DNA of 36,192 nucleotides, from NCBI GenBank assembly GCA_965215005.1, contig CBDCCZ010000052.1, positions 1-36,192 on the forward strand. The letters run 5' to 3'. The notes beneath the pieces were generated by a model, which was not told the DNA's origin, did not search any database, and was given only the letters and a program-made list of their open reading frames with translations. This stretch comes from Kofleriaceae bacterium (GTDB taxonomy: Bacteria; Myxococcota_A; Polyangia; Haliangiales; Haliangiaceae). The translations under genes and the position numbers were made by a program. The first letter of the stretch is position 1. The number at the start of each line of letters is the position of its first letter. Positions 1 through 26,981 of the stretch are shown here, piece after piece.

Positions 1-364
<364 letters not shown>

Positions 365-374
365 GAGGGTGTCG

Positions 375-402
375 AATCTATACAAGCGGGTGTGCAAGTC
401 AA
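375..402 (-). promoter_or_regulatory. Sigma70-type promoter of tRNA-Leu
   Basis: Minus strand TTGACT-N16-TAGATT, ending 10 nt upstream of the tRNA 5' end. Confidence 0.6.
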
Positions 403-473
403 GGCTGGCGAAGCAGTTTCTGTGGTGGCGCTGGCTTTGACTCGGGGCTCGGCAGCGGCCATGCTGGCGGTTG

Positions 474-1433
474 ATGGCCGAGACGGCGGAGGCGGCGCCG
501 CAGCGCTGGCGACGGCTGCTGCCTTGGGCGATTGCGCTGGCGGTTCTTGGATATCTGCTGGCAACGGTTCCTATTGAGCAGCTCGCGCAGTCGATGGCGC
601 AGGTGAAATGGCTGCGCTTGGCGCTGGTGGTCGTGGGGTACGTGACAGCGCTGCTAGCGGCCGACTCGTTTGCGCTGTGGGTGGCATTTCGCGAAGCTCT
701 ACCGACCGGCGTTCGGTTGCGGTACCGCGAGATGGTGGCTGTACGCGGGGCGAGCTATCCGCTAGCGCTACTCAACTTCGGTGCTGGACAAGGAGGCATC
801 GTCTACTTCTTGCGCAGTCGGCACGGAGTGCCGGTAATGGCAGGGACAGCGGCGGTGATGCTCGCGACCGGCTCGTTCGTTTTGGTGGTAACCGCCGCGG
901 TGGGGGCTGCGCTGCTCGGCGGCGCCATCCCAAGGAGCGCGGAGCTCCGCACCCTGGCCGTGGTCATCGTGGCGGCGCTGCCGCTGTATTTGCTCCTGAT
1001 TGCCGCGCGGCCCGCGTTTCTCGCCAAGCGCGCGTTTCTCCAGCCGCTGTTCGATGCAGGCGTCGGCGGAACGGCGCGCGTTGGTGGCGCCAGAGCATTG
1101 CACCTGGCAGTCTTGATTTTCAGCCACTGGGCGGCACTGTCGCTGTTCGGCGTGCAGGTACCGCTCCTCGCCGCTGTTGCGCAGCTGCCGGTTGTATTCC
1201 TGGTCGCGGCGGTGCCGGTGTCTCCGGCCGGCTTGGGAACCTCGCAAGCCGCTGCCGTTGCATTGTTCGCGCGCTACGCCAGCGGCGACGAGGTGACGCG
1301 CGCTGCGCAAGTGCTGGCATACAGCCTCTCGTTTCAAGTGACGAGCGCTCTATTGATGATGGCAATCGGTCTGGCACTTCTGCGCAGCGTGGCTCGCGAA
1401 CCCGCGACAGGCGCTCCGCAGCTCCCCCGTTGA
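474..1433 (+). CDS. Lysylphosphatidylglycerol-synthase TM domain / flippase-like (UPF0104) membrane protein
   Basis: ~320 aa with about 8 hydrophobic helices. Family-like motifs LLNFGAGQGG..YFL and VPVSPAGLGT. No catalytic domain attached. Confidence 0.75.
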   Translation: MAETAEAAPQRWRRLLPWAIALAVLGYLLATVPIEQLAQSMAQVKWLRLALVVVGYVTALLAADSFALWVAFREALPTGVRLRYREMVAVRGASYPLALLNFGAGQGGIVYFLRSRHGVPVMAGTAAVMLATGSFVLVVTAAVGAALLGGAIPRSAELRTLAVVIVAALPLYLLLIAARPAFLAKRAFLQPLFDAGVGGTARVGGARALHLAVLIFSHWAALSLFGVQVPLLAAVAQLPVVFLVAAVPVSPAGLGTSQAAAVALFARYASGDEVTRAAQVLAYSLSFQVTSALLMMAIGLALLRSVAREPATGAPQLPR

Positions 1434-1619
1434 GCTTGCATGGTGCCCGCGCGCCGCCAGCGTCGATTCACCACATCAACACACCGTGCTCTTCCGAGAT
1501 TGGCAAGCACCCTCACGGTTTCGCACGAACGATGGCACTCGCGACTTTACTCAATAGGTACGCCGACATACCATTTGGACTTCGCGCGCTAGGAGCGCGC
1601 AACAGCGGTCTCCGAACGC

Positions 1620-3224
<1,605 letters not shown>

Positions 3225-3287
3225 GGCGACCGCTGCGGGACGGCCCTTCCAAGCGCAGGGGTCACGGGCAACAAAGGGTAAAGGACT

Positions 3288-3322
3288 CCTGCCGCGGCGA
3301 CGACATGCGTCTCCGCGGCAGG
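3288..3322. terminator. Stem-loop between converging cyclase and giant TPR genes
   Basis: CCTGCCGCGG-C-GACG-ACATG-CGTC-T-CCGCGGCAGG: 14 bp with one mismatch. A pyrimidine-rich tail follows on the minus strand. Confidence 0.6.
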
Positions 3323-3330
3323 GACGCGCC

Positions 3331-14976
<11,646 letters not shown>

Positions 14977-15034
14977 TGGCGGCGTATCCTCCCGCTTTCA
15001 AAAGGGAAAGTGGCAGCTTTCCCCATAGAAGAGC

Positions 15035-15043
15035 CTTATATCA
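15035..15043 (-). promoter_or_regulatory. Possible extended -10 promoter of the giant TPR gene
   Basis: Minus strand TG-A-TATAAG about 60 nt upstream of the ATG; no convincing -35. Confidence 0.3.
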
Positions 15044-15370
15044 CGGAAGCTACGGGACAATCAGCAAACTGGCGCCCAATTCCGCGAAGGAAAACCATGA
15101 CATGCGCACGACTGGCCGCACGCGAGGCGCAACTGGCGTTGCATTGGATGAAAATGTCACCACAGAAACTCGACGTGGTGGATGTACGAAGCAGTGTTGC
15201 TAGGTGGGACTTCAGAGCAGCCGGCGTGACATATCCTCGTCCGCGCAGCGAAGTGTGACGCTGCGATGCCTGCTGCGGAAATGGAGCCAGAGGGAGGGCT
15301 CAAATTCGAGCTCTTTCGAAGTGCATCGACGGCAGCGCTGAGAGAACCACGTGCAAGCCGATCGAGTCGC

Positions 15371-16228
15371 TCACTCCGAGATGAGCTGCATCAACACCTT
15401 GTTGGCTTCGGTCTTATTGAAGCTGCTGCTACCACCAGCCTTGCCGTACTCTTCCAGGTCGGCTCGGGCTTTGCTCGTATCGCCCTTCTTAGCGTACACG
15501 AGTCCACGCTGGAACTTGGCGTCGAGGTTATCGGACCGCATGTCGATGGCCTTGCTGTAGGCCTCGATTGCCTTGTCCCACTGCTGCTTCGCTTCGTAGG
15601 CCAGACCCAGATAGTAGTACACGTTCGTGAGCTCGCGATCTTCTTTGACGTGTAACGTGCCCTGTTCGAGAACGCTCACCGCTTCATCAATCTTGTCCCA
15701 CGTGAGATAGAGCTCCCCGAGACGATAGAACGGAGGCCCGTAATACGGGTTGAGCGCCGCCGCTTTGGTCCACGCCTCCGCCGCCTCCTTGGGGCGATTC
15801 TCGTCGCGATGGATCTGCCCGAGATACCAGTAGGCGCGGTAGAGGTCGGGGTTGAGCTTCACCCCCTCTTCGAGGTTGGTTTGCGCTTGCTCGAGGTTTC
15901 CGGCTTCGTAGCTGGCGATGCCAAGCCACATCCGGTACATCGCATCGTCCTTGCGATACTTGACCGCCTCGCTGAACGCTTCAGCCGCCTGTTCCCAGTC
16001 CTTTTGCTTGCTGTGCACCTGACCGAGGCCATACCAGGCCTGATGGTTCTCCGCGTACAGCTTGGTCGCTTCCCCGAAGTGCTCGGATGCGGAGCTATAT
16101 TGCTGCGCAGCGTACGCCTCCACCCCCTGGTTTGCAGCTTCGATAGAAGCGTTCTTGTCTTTATCGGGGCATCCAGCGGCGAAGAGCAAAGCCGCTAGCG
16201 CCACCCCGGTGATCGCAGCTTGTCGCAT
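15371..16228 (-). CDS. TPR-repeat lipoprotein
   Basis: Signal MRQAAITGVALAALLFAAG-C (lipobox), then about 7 canonical TPRs. SD GGAGG upstream. Confidence 0.9.
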   Translation of the reverse strand: MRQAAITGVALAALLFAAGCPDKDKNASIEAANQGVEAYAAQQYSSASEHFGEATKLYAENHQAWYGLGQVHSKQKDWEQAAEAFSEAVKYRKDDAMYRMWLGIASYEAGNLEQAQTNLEEGVKLNPDLYRAYWYLGQIHRDENRPKEAAEAWTKAAALNPYYGPPFYRLGELYLTWDKIDEAVSVLEQGTLHVKEDRELTNVYYYLGLAYEAKQQWDKAIEAYSKAIDMRSDNLDAKFQRGLVYAKKGDTSKARADLEEYGKAGGSSSFNKTEANKVLMQLISE

Positions 16229-16263
16229 GAGCGAGCTCCTCCAAATTTCCAGCAGAATAAGGT

Positions 16264-16295
16264 AAAGAGCGCTGCGACACTAGCCGCAGCGCTCT
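16264..16295 (-). terminator. Intrinsic terminator-like hairpin after the gltG-like gene
   Basis: Minus strand AGAGCGCTGCGGC-TAGT-GTCGCAGCGCTCT (13 bp, one G-U) followed by TTACCTTATT. Confidence 0.6.
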
Positions 16296-16351
16296 CTTTA
16301 TCAGCGGTTAGCCGGCGAATGAGTGATCCACTCTCCGCCGGTCAAGAAGCA

Positions 16352-18733
16352 TCAACCGCCCGCGGGATTGAAGTTGAACGGATACCGAACCTGCACGAGG
16401 CCACCGCCCTTGGGCTTGGGAAACACGATGCTCTGGATGACGCTAGCCACGCAGCTTGAGACGGTACCATCCACGCCGTTGGCCGACGCACCGATGACCG
16501 CGCCGGTGGGGCTGATCTGGAAGCTGGTGGTCACCGTTCCCTCGAGGTTCGCATTCACCAGCAGCTGCTTCTCATAGCAGTACTTGATCTGCGGCAGCTT
16601 GCGGCGAATGTAGCGGCGAATGATCGCCTTATCGAGATCGCCAGTCGCGGTGGCCGTACCGATTCGCACCGCCGGCACCGCGGAACGTCGACCGCGCATG
16701 CCGCCGCGCCCCGAGCCCGAGCCATACCCCGACCCAGTGCCTGAACCGTGGCCAATGGTGCCATAGCGACCGGTACCAATCGTGCCCCAGCCGGTGCCGC
16801 CGCCACCTGGGCCGAAGCCCGAGCGACCAAAGCCGAAGCCACCTTGCATCTCACCCGCTTCATCGCCTAACAGGCCGCCGTAGATATTGGCGTCGTCAAA
16901 CCCAGAAGAGATGTCACCCGCGCCGGTGAGCGACGCGAAGGCACCGCCTTGGGTTGCCTTCAAGGTGCCCAGGAAGCCCGCGTTTCGCGCCTGATCGACC
17001 TGCTGCTCCTTGGCCAGCTGCTCCTGCTCCTGCTCCTTCTTCATCTGGAACTGGCCTTCGGCGCGCTCAGAATCTTCTTTGCCCATCTTGCCCTCGTCGA
17101 GAGCCATGGCCGTGCCGGTCCCGCCCGACTCTTCGTTGGAGTCGGAGTCGCTGAGCTCTTCTTCTTCGACTTTGGGGTCTTCTTGCGCCTTGGACTGCAC
17201 CCGGGTGAGCCGGCCATCGTTGGCGTCAAGCCCGCCGGTGAGCGAGCGCGGATCGGGCGGGATCGTCAAAATCAGCATCAGGAATCCCAGCACCACCATC
17301 GCCGAGGCCGCCAAAAACGCCAGGAATTGGGTTTCGAGCGCCGCAAACAGCGGCACGGGCTGGCGGCGTGGTTGCGGCACCGATGACACCAAAAAGGTGT
17401 TCTTGCCGGCTTGGACGCGAATTCGTGCCTTGGGCGGGATGGGCAGCTCCATAGCGCCCGGCGCGGTACTCGACGGCCGCGCCCGCCCCTGACCGCTCAA
17501 GCTGGCCAGCGGAATGCTTTGCCCGTCAACGGTTAGCTCGCCCTCCATCCCCTGCGTGAAGTTGAAGACGAAGTCGTCCCCGAGCGGCGCAACCAGCGGG
17601 AAGGAGCCCGCCGGCGCAGCATCCGTGGCGAACTCGACTTCGGGATCAGTGCCGATGCGAAACCACGGCTCTTCGCGCTCGTCACGTAGCCGCAGAGCGG
17701 CTGCAACAACACAAATCAGACCGATTGCCGAACCGCCAAACGCCATCCAGTCGTACGCAAGACTGATGCGATTGGGGCGGAACTCGTAAAGCGGTCGTTT
17801 CTCCTCGAGCCACGTCTGCTTTGCGGTTTTATTGAAATCGGCGTTCGACACACCGCGCGAAAACGCGAACGCAGCTATCAGCAGCAGCACTGCGCCGATG
17901 CCAAATAGCGCATAGGTGACTGGCGTGACCTTGCCACCGCGCGGGTTCATGACGTGCTTGACGCCCACCACTGAGTCGCCCAGCATTGCCGCGACTTCCA
18001 CGGCTCGAGCACCGCCGAGATCATCGACTGAGTCGCCCGCAAAGGCTCCGGCCTGCACCATCGACGCACCACCGCCGAACGGCGTGGCCATGCCGACGGG
18101 CGGCTGCGCCCCCGGCGGCGGCGGCGCGGCCGGGGGCTGCGCGTGGGCGGCGGGAACGATGGGCACAGTTGGCGCCGCTGGCATGGGCGCTGCCGGATAG
18201 GCGGCAGAGGTTGCGCGACCGCCGGGCAACGGCGCCGCGGTGGAAGGCTGAGCGATAGACGCGGCGGGAGCTTGCTGCGCCGTCGGTGCTGGAACGTGCG
18301 GCACCGGTGCTTCGGTGGTTGGCGGCGGCTTGGGTGCCTGCGCGGCGGGCGGCGCCATCAGCGGCGGCCCGTCCTGCGGTGACGACTGCACCCGCGTTGG
18401 CTCATCTTCGTCAGCCTCGCCCGCGCCGCCGATGCTGAGCTCGATGCGAGTGTCGCCGACGACGATGGCGTCGCCGGTCTGCAACTTGGCTTTATTGACC
18501 TTCTGCCCGTTGACGTAGGTGCCCTTGGTGGACCCTAGATCAATGATGCTGACGTCGCCGGGGCCGCTGACCTCGATGACCGCGTGCATCCGGCTCACCG
18601 AGTCGTCGTCGAGACGCAGATGCGATGACGAGAGCTTGCCGACCTTGATGACCGGCTGCGTGAGGGTCTCCTCGCGGACGAGTTGATCGTCCTTGAAGAT
18701 CCTAAACGTGAGTGGGATTTTGGCTCCGGCCAT
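16352..18733 (-). CDS. gltG: GltG/PglI-like gliding protein: FHA, Pro-rich linker, TM segments, Gly-rich region, AgmX/PglI (TonB_C-like) C-terminal domain
   Basis: N-terminal FHA-like fold (IKVGKLSSSHL..VSRMHA..DLGS). C-terminal GDLDKAIIRRYIRRKLPQIKYCYEKQL...FPKPKGGGLVQVRYPF. Lies directly after the gltF-like gene. Confidence 0.85.
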   Translation of the reverse strand: MAGAKIPLTFRIFKDDQLVREETLTQPVIKVGKLSSSHLRLDDDSVSRMHAVIEVSGPGDVSIIDLGSTKGTYVNGQKVNKAKLQTGDAIVVGDTRIELSIGGAGEADEDEPTRVQSSPQDGPPLMAPPAAQAPKPPPTTEAPVPHVPAPTAQQAPAASIAQPSTAAPLPGGRATSAAYPAAPMPAAPTVPIVPAAHAQPPAAPPPPGAQPPVGMATPFGGGASMVQAGAFAGDSVDDLGGARAVEVAAMLGDSVVGVKHVMNPRGGKVTPVTYALFGIGAVLLLIAAFAFSRGVSNADFNKTAKQTWLEEKRPLYEFRPNRISLAYDWMAFGGSAIGLICVVAAALRLRDEREEPWFRIGTDPEVEFATDAAPAGSFPLVAPLGDDFVFNFTQGMEGELTVDGQSIPLASLSGQGRARPSSTAPGAMELPIPPKARIRVQAGKNTFLVSSVPQPRRQPVPLFAALETQFLAFLAASAMVVLGFLMLILTIPPDPRSLTGGLDANDGRLTRVQSKAQEDPKVEEEELSDSDSNEESGGTGTAMALDEGKMGKEDSERAEGQFQMKKEQEQEQLAKEQQVDQARNAGFLGTLKATQGGAFASLTGAGDISSGFDDANIYGGLLGDEAGEMQGGFGFGRSGFGPGGGGTGWGTIGTGRYGTIGHGSGTGSGYGSGSGRGGMRGRRSAVPAVRIGTATATGDLDKAIIRRYIRRKLPQIKYCYEKQLLVNANLEGTVTTSFQISPTGAVIGASANGVDGTVSSCVASVIQSIVFPKPKGGGLVQVRYPFNFNPAGG

Positions 18734-18810
18734 TGTCGAACGCTCCAGCTTGTCGTGAGGGCATTGTCTGCGTGTGCGCCGGCCGAGCTGAGCCTGTTTC
18801 GCCGAAAGAC

Positions 18811-19071
18811 CTACAGATCTTCGGCGGACTTCAAGATCTCTCGAATGAAGTCCGTACGGATACGAATCAGGCTGGTGTGGCTTGCGAATGCACGGGCATC
18901 GATGGACTCGCCGTCGGGCTTGAGCAGATCGCCCTGGACGTCGTCTCCCGAGAAGTCATAGGTCTTGACCTTGGGCTGCTCGTTCCCCTTGTTCTGACCG
19001 AGCGCAACGCTGGGCGTTGCGAGGAAGAGTCCCAAGGCGAGAACGAGAATGGCATGCACGGCGCGCTTCAT
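18811..19071 (-). CDS. gltF: GltF/CglF-like small exported gliding protein (86 aa)
   Basis: Start reassigned to ATG 19071 (SD AAAGGAG). Signal peptide followed by YDFSGDDVQGDLLKPDG...SLIRIRTDF..EILKSAEDL, characteristic of the CglF family. Synteny E-F-G. Confidence 0.85.
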   Translation of the reverse strand: MKRAVHAILVLALGLFLATPSVALGQNKGNEQPKVKTYDFSGDDVQGDLLKPDGESIDARAFASHTSLIRIRTDFIREILKSAEDL

Positions 19072-19265
19072 ATCGCTAGCTCCTTTGTCAGCCGGGCCTA
19101 CCATTGTCGGAGGGGTTCGACACCGGCCCATGGATCGGGTTCCAGAAAACTTAGAAAAAAATCGGCGAAGCGTTTACTGGCGCTGTCGGTGGCGGTCCCG
19201 CCACGGACTCAACCCACGTGTAGGTGAGTCGAGTCCGACGACGGGCGCTCCACAACCTCAGCTAC

Positions 19266-20570
19266 TCAGGATTGCCCCGCCTGGTTCGAAGCACGAATGA
19301 CCTCATCGAGCTGCTTGATGATCTTGTCCGTGTCCTCGATGTTGGCCTGAGCTTCTTTTTTGTCTTGATCCGCAACGTCCTGTTTGCTCAAAAACTCGCG
19401 GAAGTACTTTCGCGAGGTCTCGTAGGCCTCCTGCGACGCGCGCAGATCACTCTGCCGGTTAGCGCGGAAGTCCTTGTAGAGAACGCCGAGGTTGAAATAC
19501 GCAGCGCCACGAGTTGGCTCGAGGTCGACCGCCTTCTTGTAGCTCGCCTCCGCCTCATCGAGCTTGCCCTGCCCTCGCTGCGCGATCCCTAGCCCTACCA
19601 TCGCGTCGTAGTTCTTTGGCTCCATCGCGAGGACCCGAGAGAACTGCTCCTCGGCCGCGTCGTACTTGCGGAACGCGAGCGTGATGGTACCTACGTTGAG
19701 TCGAGCTTCGGTGAATTTTGGATCGAGCTCGACCGCGCGATCGAACTTACCAAGCGCTTCGCCGAGGTTATCGCGATGAAGCTGCAGCAATCCCTGAGCG
19801 TTGAGCAAGGCGGGATAACTAGCATCGCGTTTCTCGCCCTCCTCCAGGAGCAGTTTCGCCAGATCGAGCCGGTTGCGATTGCGCTCGTAGCCCTCCATGT
19901 AGAGAAGCCCATAGAGGACGTAGGCCTTGATGTTTTCCTGGTCGACTGCCAGTACGCTCGAAAGGTGTAGCTTGGCCTCTTCTTCGAGGCGACTCCACGC
20001 CCCGCGGTCCTTGGTCTTGCGCATCTCCTGGATCAGCAACCACGCGATGTTGTTGCGCGCTGCGGTCACCTTGGGATCGGACTGAATGGCGCTTTCCCAG
20101 TATTTGCGAGCCCCATCCACCTTCCCCGCGGCAAAGTAGAGCTCGCCAAGATTGGAGAGCGAGCGAGCGTGAGCGCTGTTGATACGCAGCGCATCCTGGT
20201 AGGCCTTCTCAGCCTCCTGCTTCATTCCGCACGCGTGATAGGAACGGCCCGCCATGTAGGCGCCTTCCACGAGCTTGTGCTTTTGCGCCACCGCGCGGAA
20301 CCGATCTGCGAGCGAGGAGCAGGTGCCAGTATCGAAGCCGCTCTTGGCCGCCGCGAGATAGTCGTTCATGACGGCGCTGTAGTCGGCACGTGCTCCCGCG
20401 GAGATGTCATCGGGGTTGGTCGCCCCGCCGTCACCTCCCTCCACACTGGGCGGAGGAGGAACTTTGCCATCGCCTAGTCCACTACGGGCCGGGGACTTCT
20501 GCTTGCCGCCGCATCCGCCAACCATGCTGAGGGCTGCGGCGAGCACGAGATATCGAGTGATCTTGGTCAT
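19266..20570 (-). CDS. gltE: GltE/AglT-like TPR lipoprotein
   Basis: Lipobox VGG-C, TPR array, 434 aa, located between the gltD- and gltF-like genes. Confidence 0.75.
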   Translation of the reverse strand: MTKITRYLVLAAALSMVGGCGGKQKSPARSGLGDGKVPPPPSVEGGDGGATNPDDISAGARADYSAVMNDYLAAAKSGFDTGTCSSLADRFRAVAQKHKLVEGAYMAGRSYHACGMKQEAEKAYQDALRINSAHARSLSNLGELYFAAGKVDGARKYWESAIQSDPKVTAARNNIAWLLIQEMRKTKDRGAWSRLEEEAKLHLSSVLAVDQENIKAYVLYGLLYMEGYERNRNRLDLAKLLLEEGEKRDASYPALLNAQGLLQLHRDNLGEALGKFDRAVELDPKFTEARLNVGTITLAFRKYDAAEEQFSRVLAMEPKNYDAMVGLGIAQRGQGKLDEAEASYKKAVDLEPTRGAAYFNLGVLYKDFRANRQSDLRASQEAYETSRKYFREFLSKQDVADQDKKEAQANIEDTDKIIKQLDEVIRASNQAGQS

Positions 20571-20581
20571 CGCTAGCCTCC

Positions 20582-24058
<3,477 letters not shown>

Positions 24059-24124
24059 GACCTCTCACCTCTGCCCTTCTTGGTCACGCTGCCCGGAACT
24101 CCGGTGCAGCTCGCCGAAACAAGA

Positions 24125-24163
24125 CGAGGCCACGCCTGGACAAGCGTCCACGGCGTGGCCTCG
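24125..24163. other. Strong stem-loop in the gltC-gltD spacer
   Basis: CGAGGCCACGCC-TGGAC-AAGC-GTCCA-C-GGCGTGGCCTCG: 17 bp with one bulge. Confidence 0.7.
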
Positions 24164-24347
24164 GTGACTACACGACGCAACGCGTCGCGGTGAATGGAAC
24201 ATTGTCTATGCATTTCAGCCGTCTTGGTCTTGGGCGAGACGAGGCGCCGGCTGAAACTGAGTGCAGGAAGCGGCAACGTTTTAGCCTCAATGAAGAGGAG
24301 CAGCGGTGCCACCCATGCGTTCGATGATGATTTGCGCTGGCTATGGA

Positions 24348-25961
<1,614 letters not shown>

Positions 25962-26297
25962 CAAGGCTTCTCCCCAGCGATTCTTGCAACGAATCCGTGT
26001 AAGTAGCCGGCGAATCATCGTCGCTGCGCAGCGCTGTTGTCAAGACGACCGCGGCCGCCGAGTGCGCGTCTGCATCGCCGTGAGCGCCGGCTGCCGCTGG
26101 CGCCCAATCGCTGACCAGTGCGCAGGTAGCGCGGAAAGATGCTGACAGCTGCGCGAGGTCTCGGTGTAGGCGATTATCGGCAACGAGCGACAGTTATCGA
26201 AGTATTCGTCGCGCTTGTTGCCCCCATGCGCCAGTCCAGCCGACTTCGATGCCACTGCACCGGCAAAAAACTCTATCGAGTGAGCAGGTTGACGCGC

Positions 26298-26325
26298 TTG
26301 ACACCCGAAGGCCGAAGCTTATCAT
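26298..26325 (+). promoter_or_regulatory. Sigma70-type promoter of the Cys-rich lipoprotein gene
   Basis: TTGACA (26298-26303)-N16-TATCAT (26320-26325), about 50 nt upstream of the ATG. Confidence 0.6.
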
Positions 26326-26376
26326 CGGCCTTCATCAGCAGCCGACGTAACTCGCTTGGAGGGAGCCGAGAGACCC

Positions 26377-26853
26377 ATGGAACGATCGCAAAGCCTATTG
26401 ATGATCGCGCTACTGGCGCTTCTAGCGGTGCTCGCGGCCGGATGCTCTGAAAATCCAGTCGGACGCAAGTGCTTCATCGGGGATCCCGACGCGGGCGTCG
26501 CAGCCGGCTCCATCGTCGCCTCGCCGGCGCTCGAGTGCCAGTCGCGTACCTGCATGCGCGTTCCGCAAGAGAAAGATCTGCCTGAGGGTAGCGAGTATGC
26601 CGACCTCTGCACGGCCGAGTGCGACACCGACGACGACTGCGACCGGGTTCCGGAATCGCCGTGCCAGACTGGCTTCACGTGCGCAGTGCCGGTTGTGGTG
26701 GGCCCATTCTGCTGCCGCAAGCTCTGCATCTGTAAAGACTACTTGGTGCTACCAGACGAAGGTCTACCGACCCCTGCGGCCTGCGATCCCGCCAATCAAG
26801 ACAACACGTGCTGCAATCTCCCAGGTCGTAGCGATCTCGACAAGTGCCAGTAA
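26377..26853 (+). CDS. Cys-rich lipoprotein, GltK/CglC-like
   Basis: ATG 26377 with SD GGAGGGAG. Lipobox LAAG-C plus 16 further Cys. Pattern C....GRKC...S...C....C.R...CTAEC recalls CglC/AgmO. Divergent from the gltC-like gene. Confidence 0.7.
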   Translation: MERSQSLLMIALLALLAVLAAGCSENPVGRKCFIGDPDAGVAAGSIVASPALECQSRTCMRVPQEKDLPEGSEYADLCTAECDTDDDCDRVPESPCQTGFTCAVPVVVGPFCCRKLCICKDYLVLPDEGLPTPAACDPANQDNTCCNLPGRSDLDKCQ

Positions 26854-26953
26854 GGAGCTCACGCTCCCCGGCGAACGTCGTGAACCGCCAGAAAACCGCC
26901 GACAAGTAGCTGAAGAGACGCCGTAGGGAGCGTCGACCAGCGCGGTTGCATGC

Positions 26954-26981
26954 TCGAGAGCCGCCTTTGCGCGGCTCTCGA
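26954..26981. terminator. Perfect 11-bp hairpin, possible terminator
   Basis: TCGAGAGCCGC-CTTTGC-GCGGCTCTCGA, 100 nt after the lipoprotein stop; weak U-tract. Confidence 0.45.

Noticed and set aside
16680..16930. Gly-rich repeats resembling collagen or an RTX-type toxin
   Set aside because: This is the usual Gly-rich linker before the AgmX/PglI C-terminal domain.
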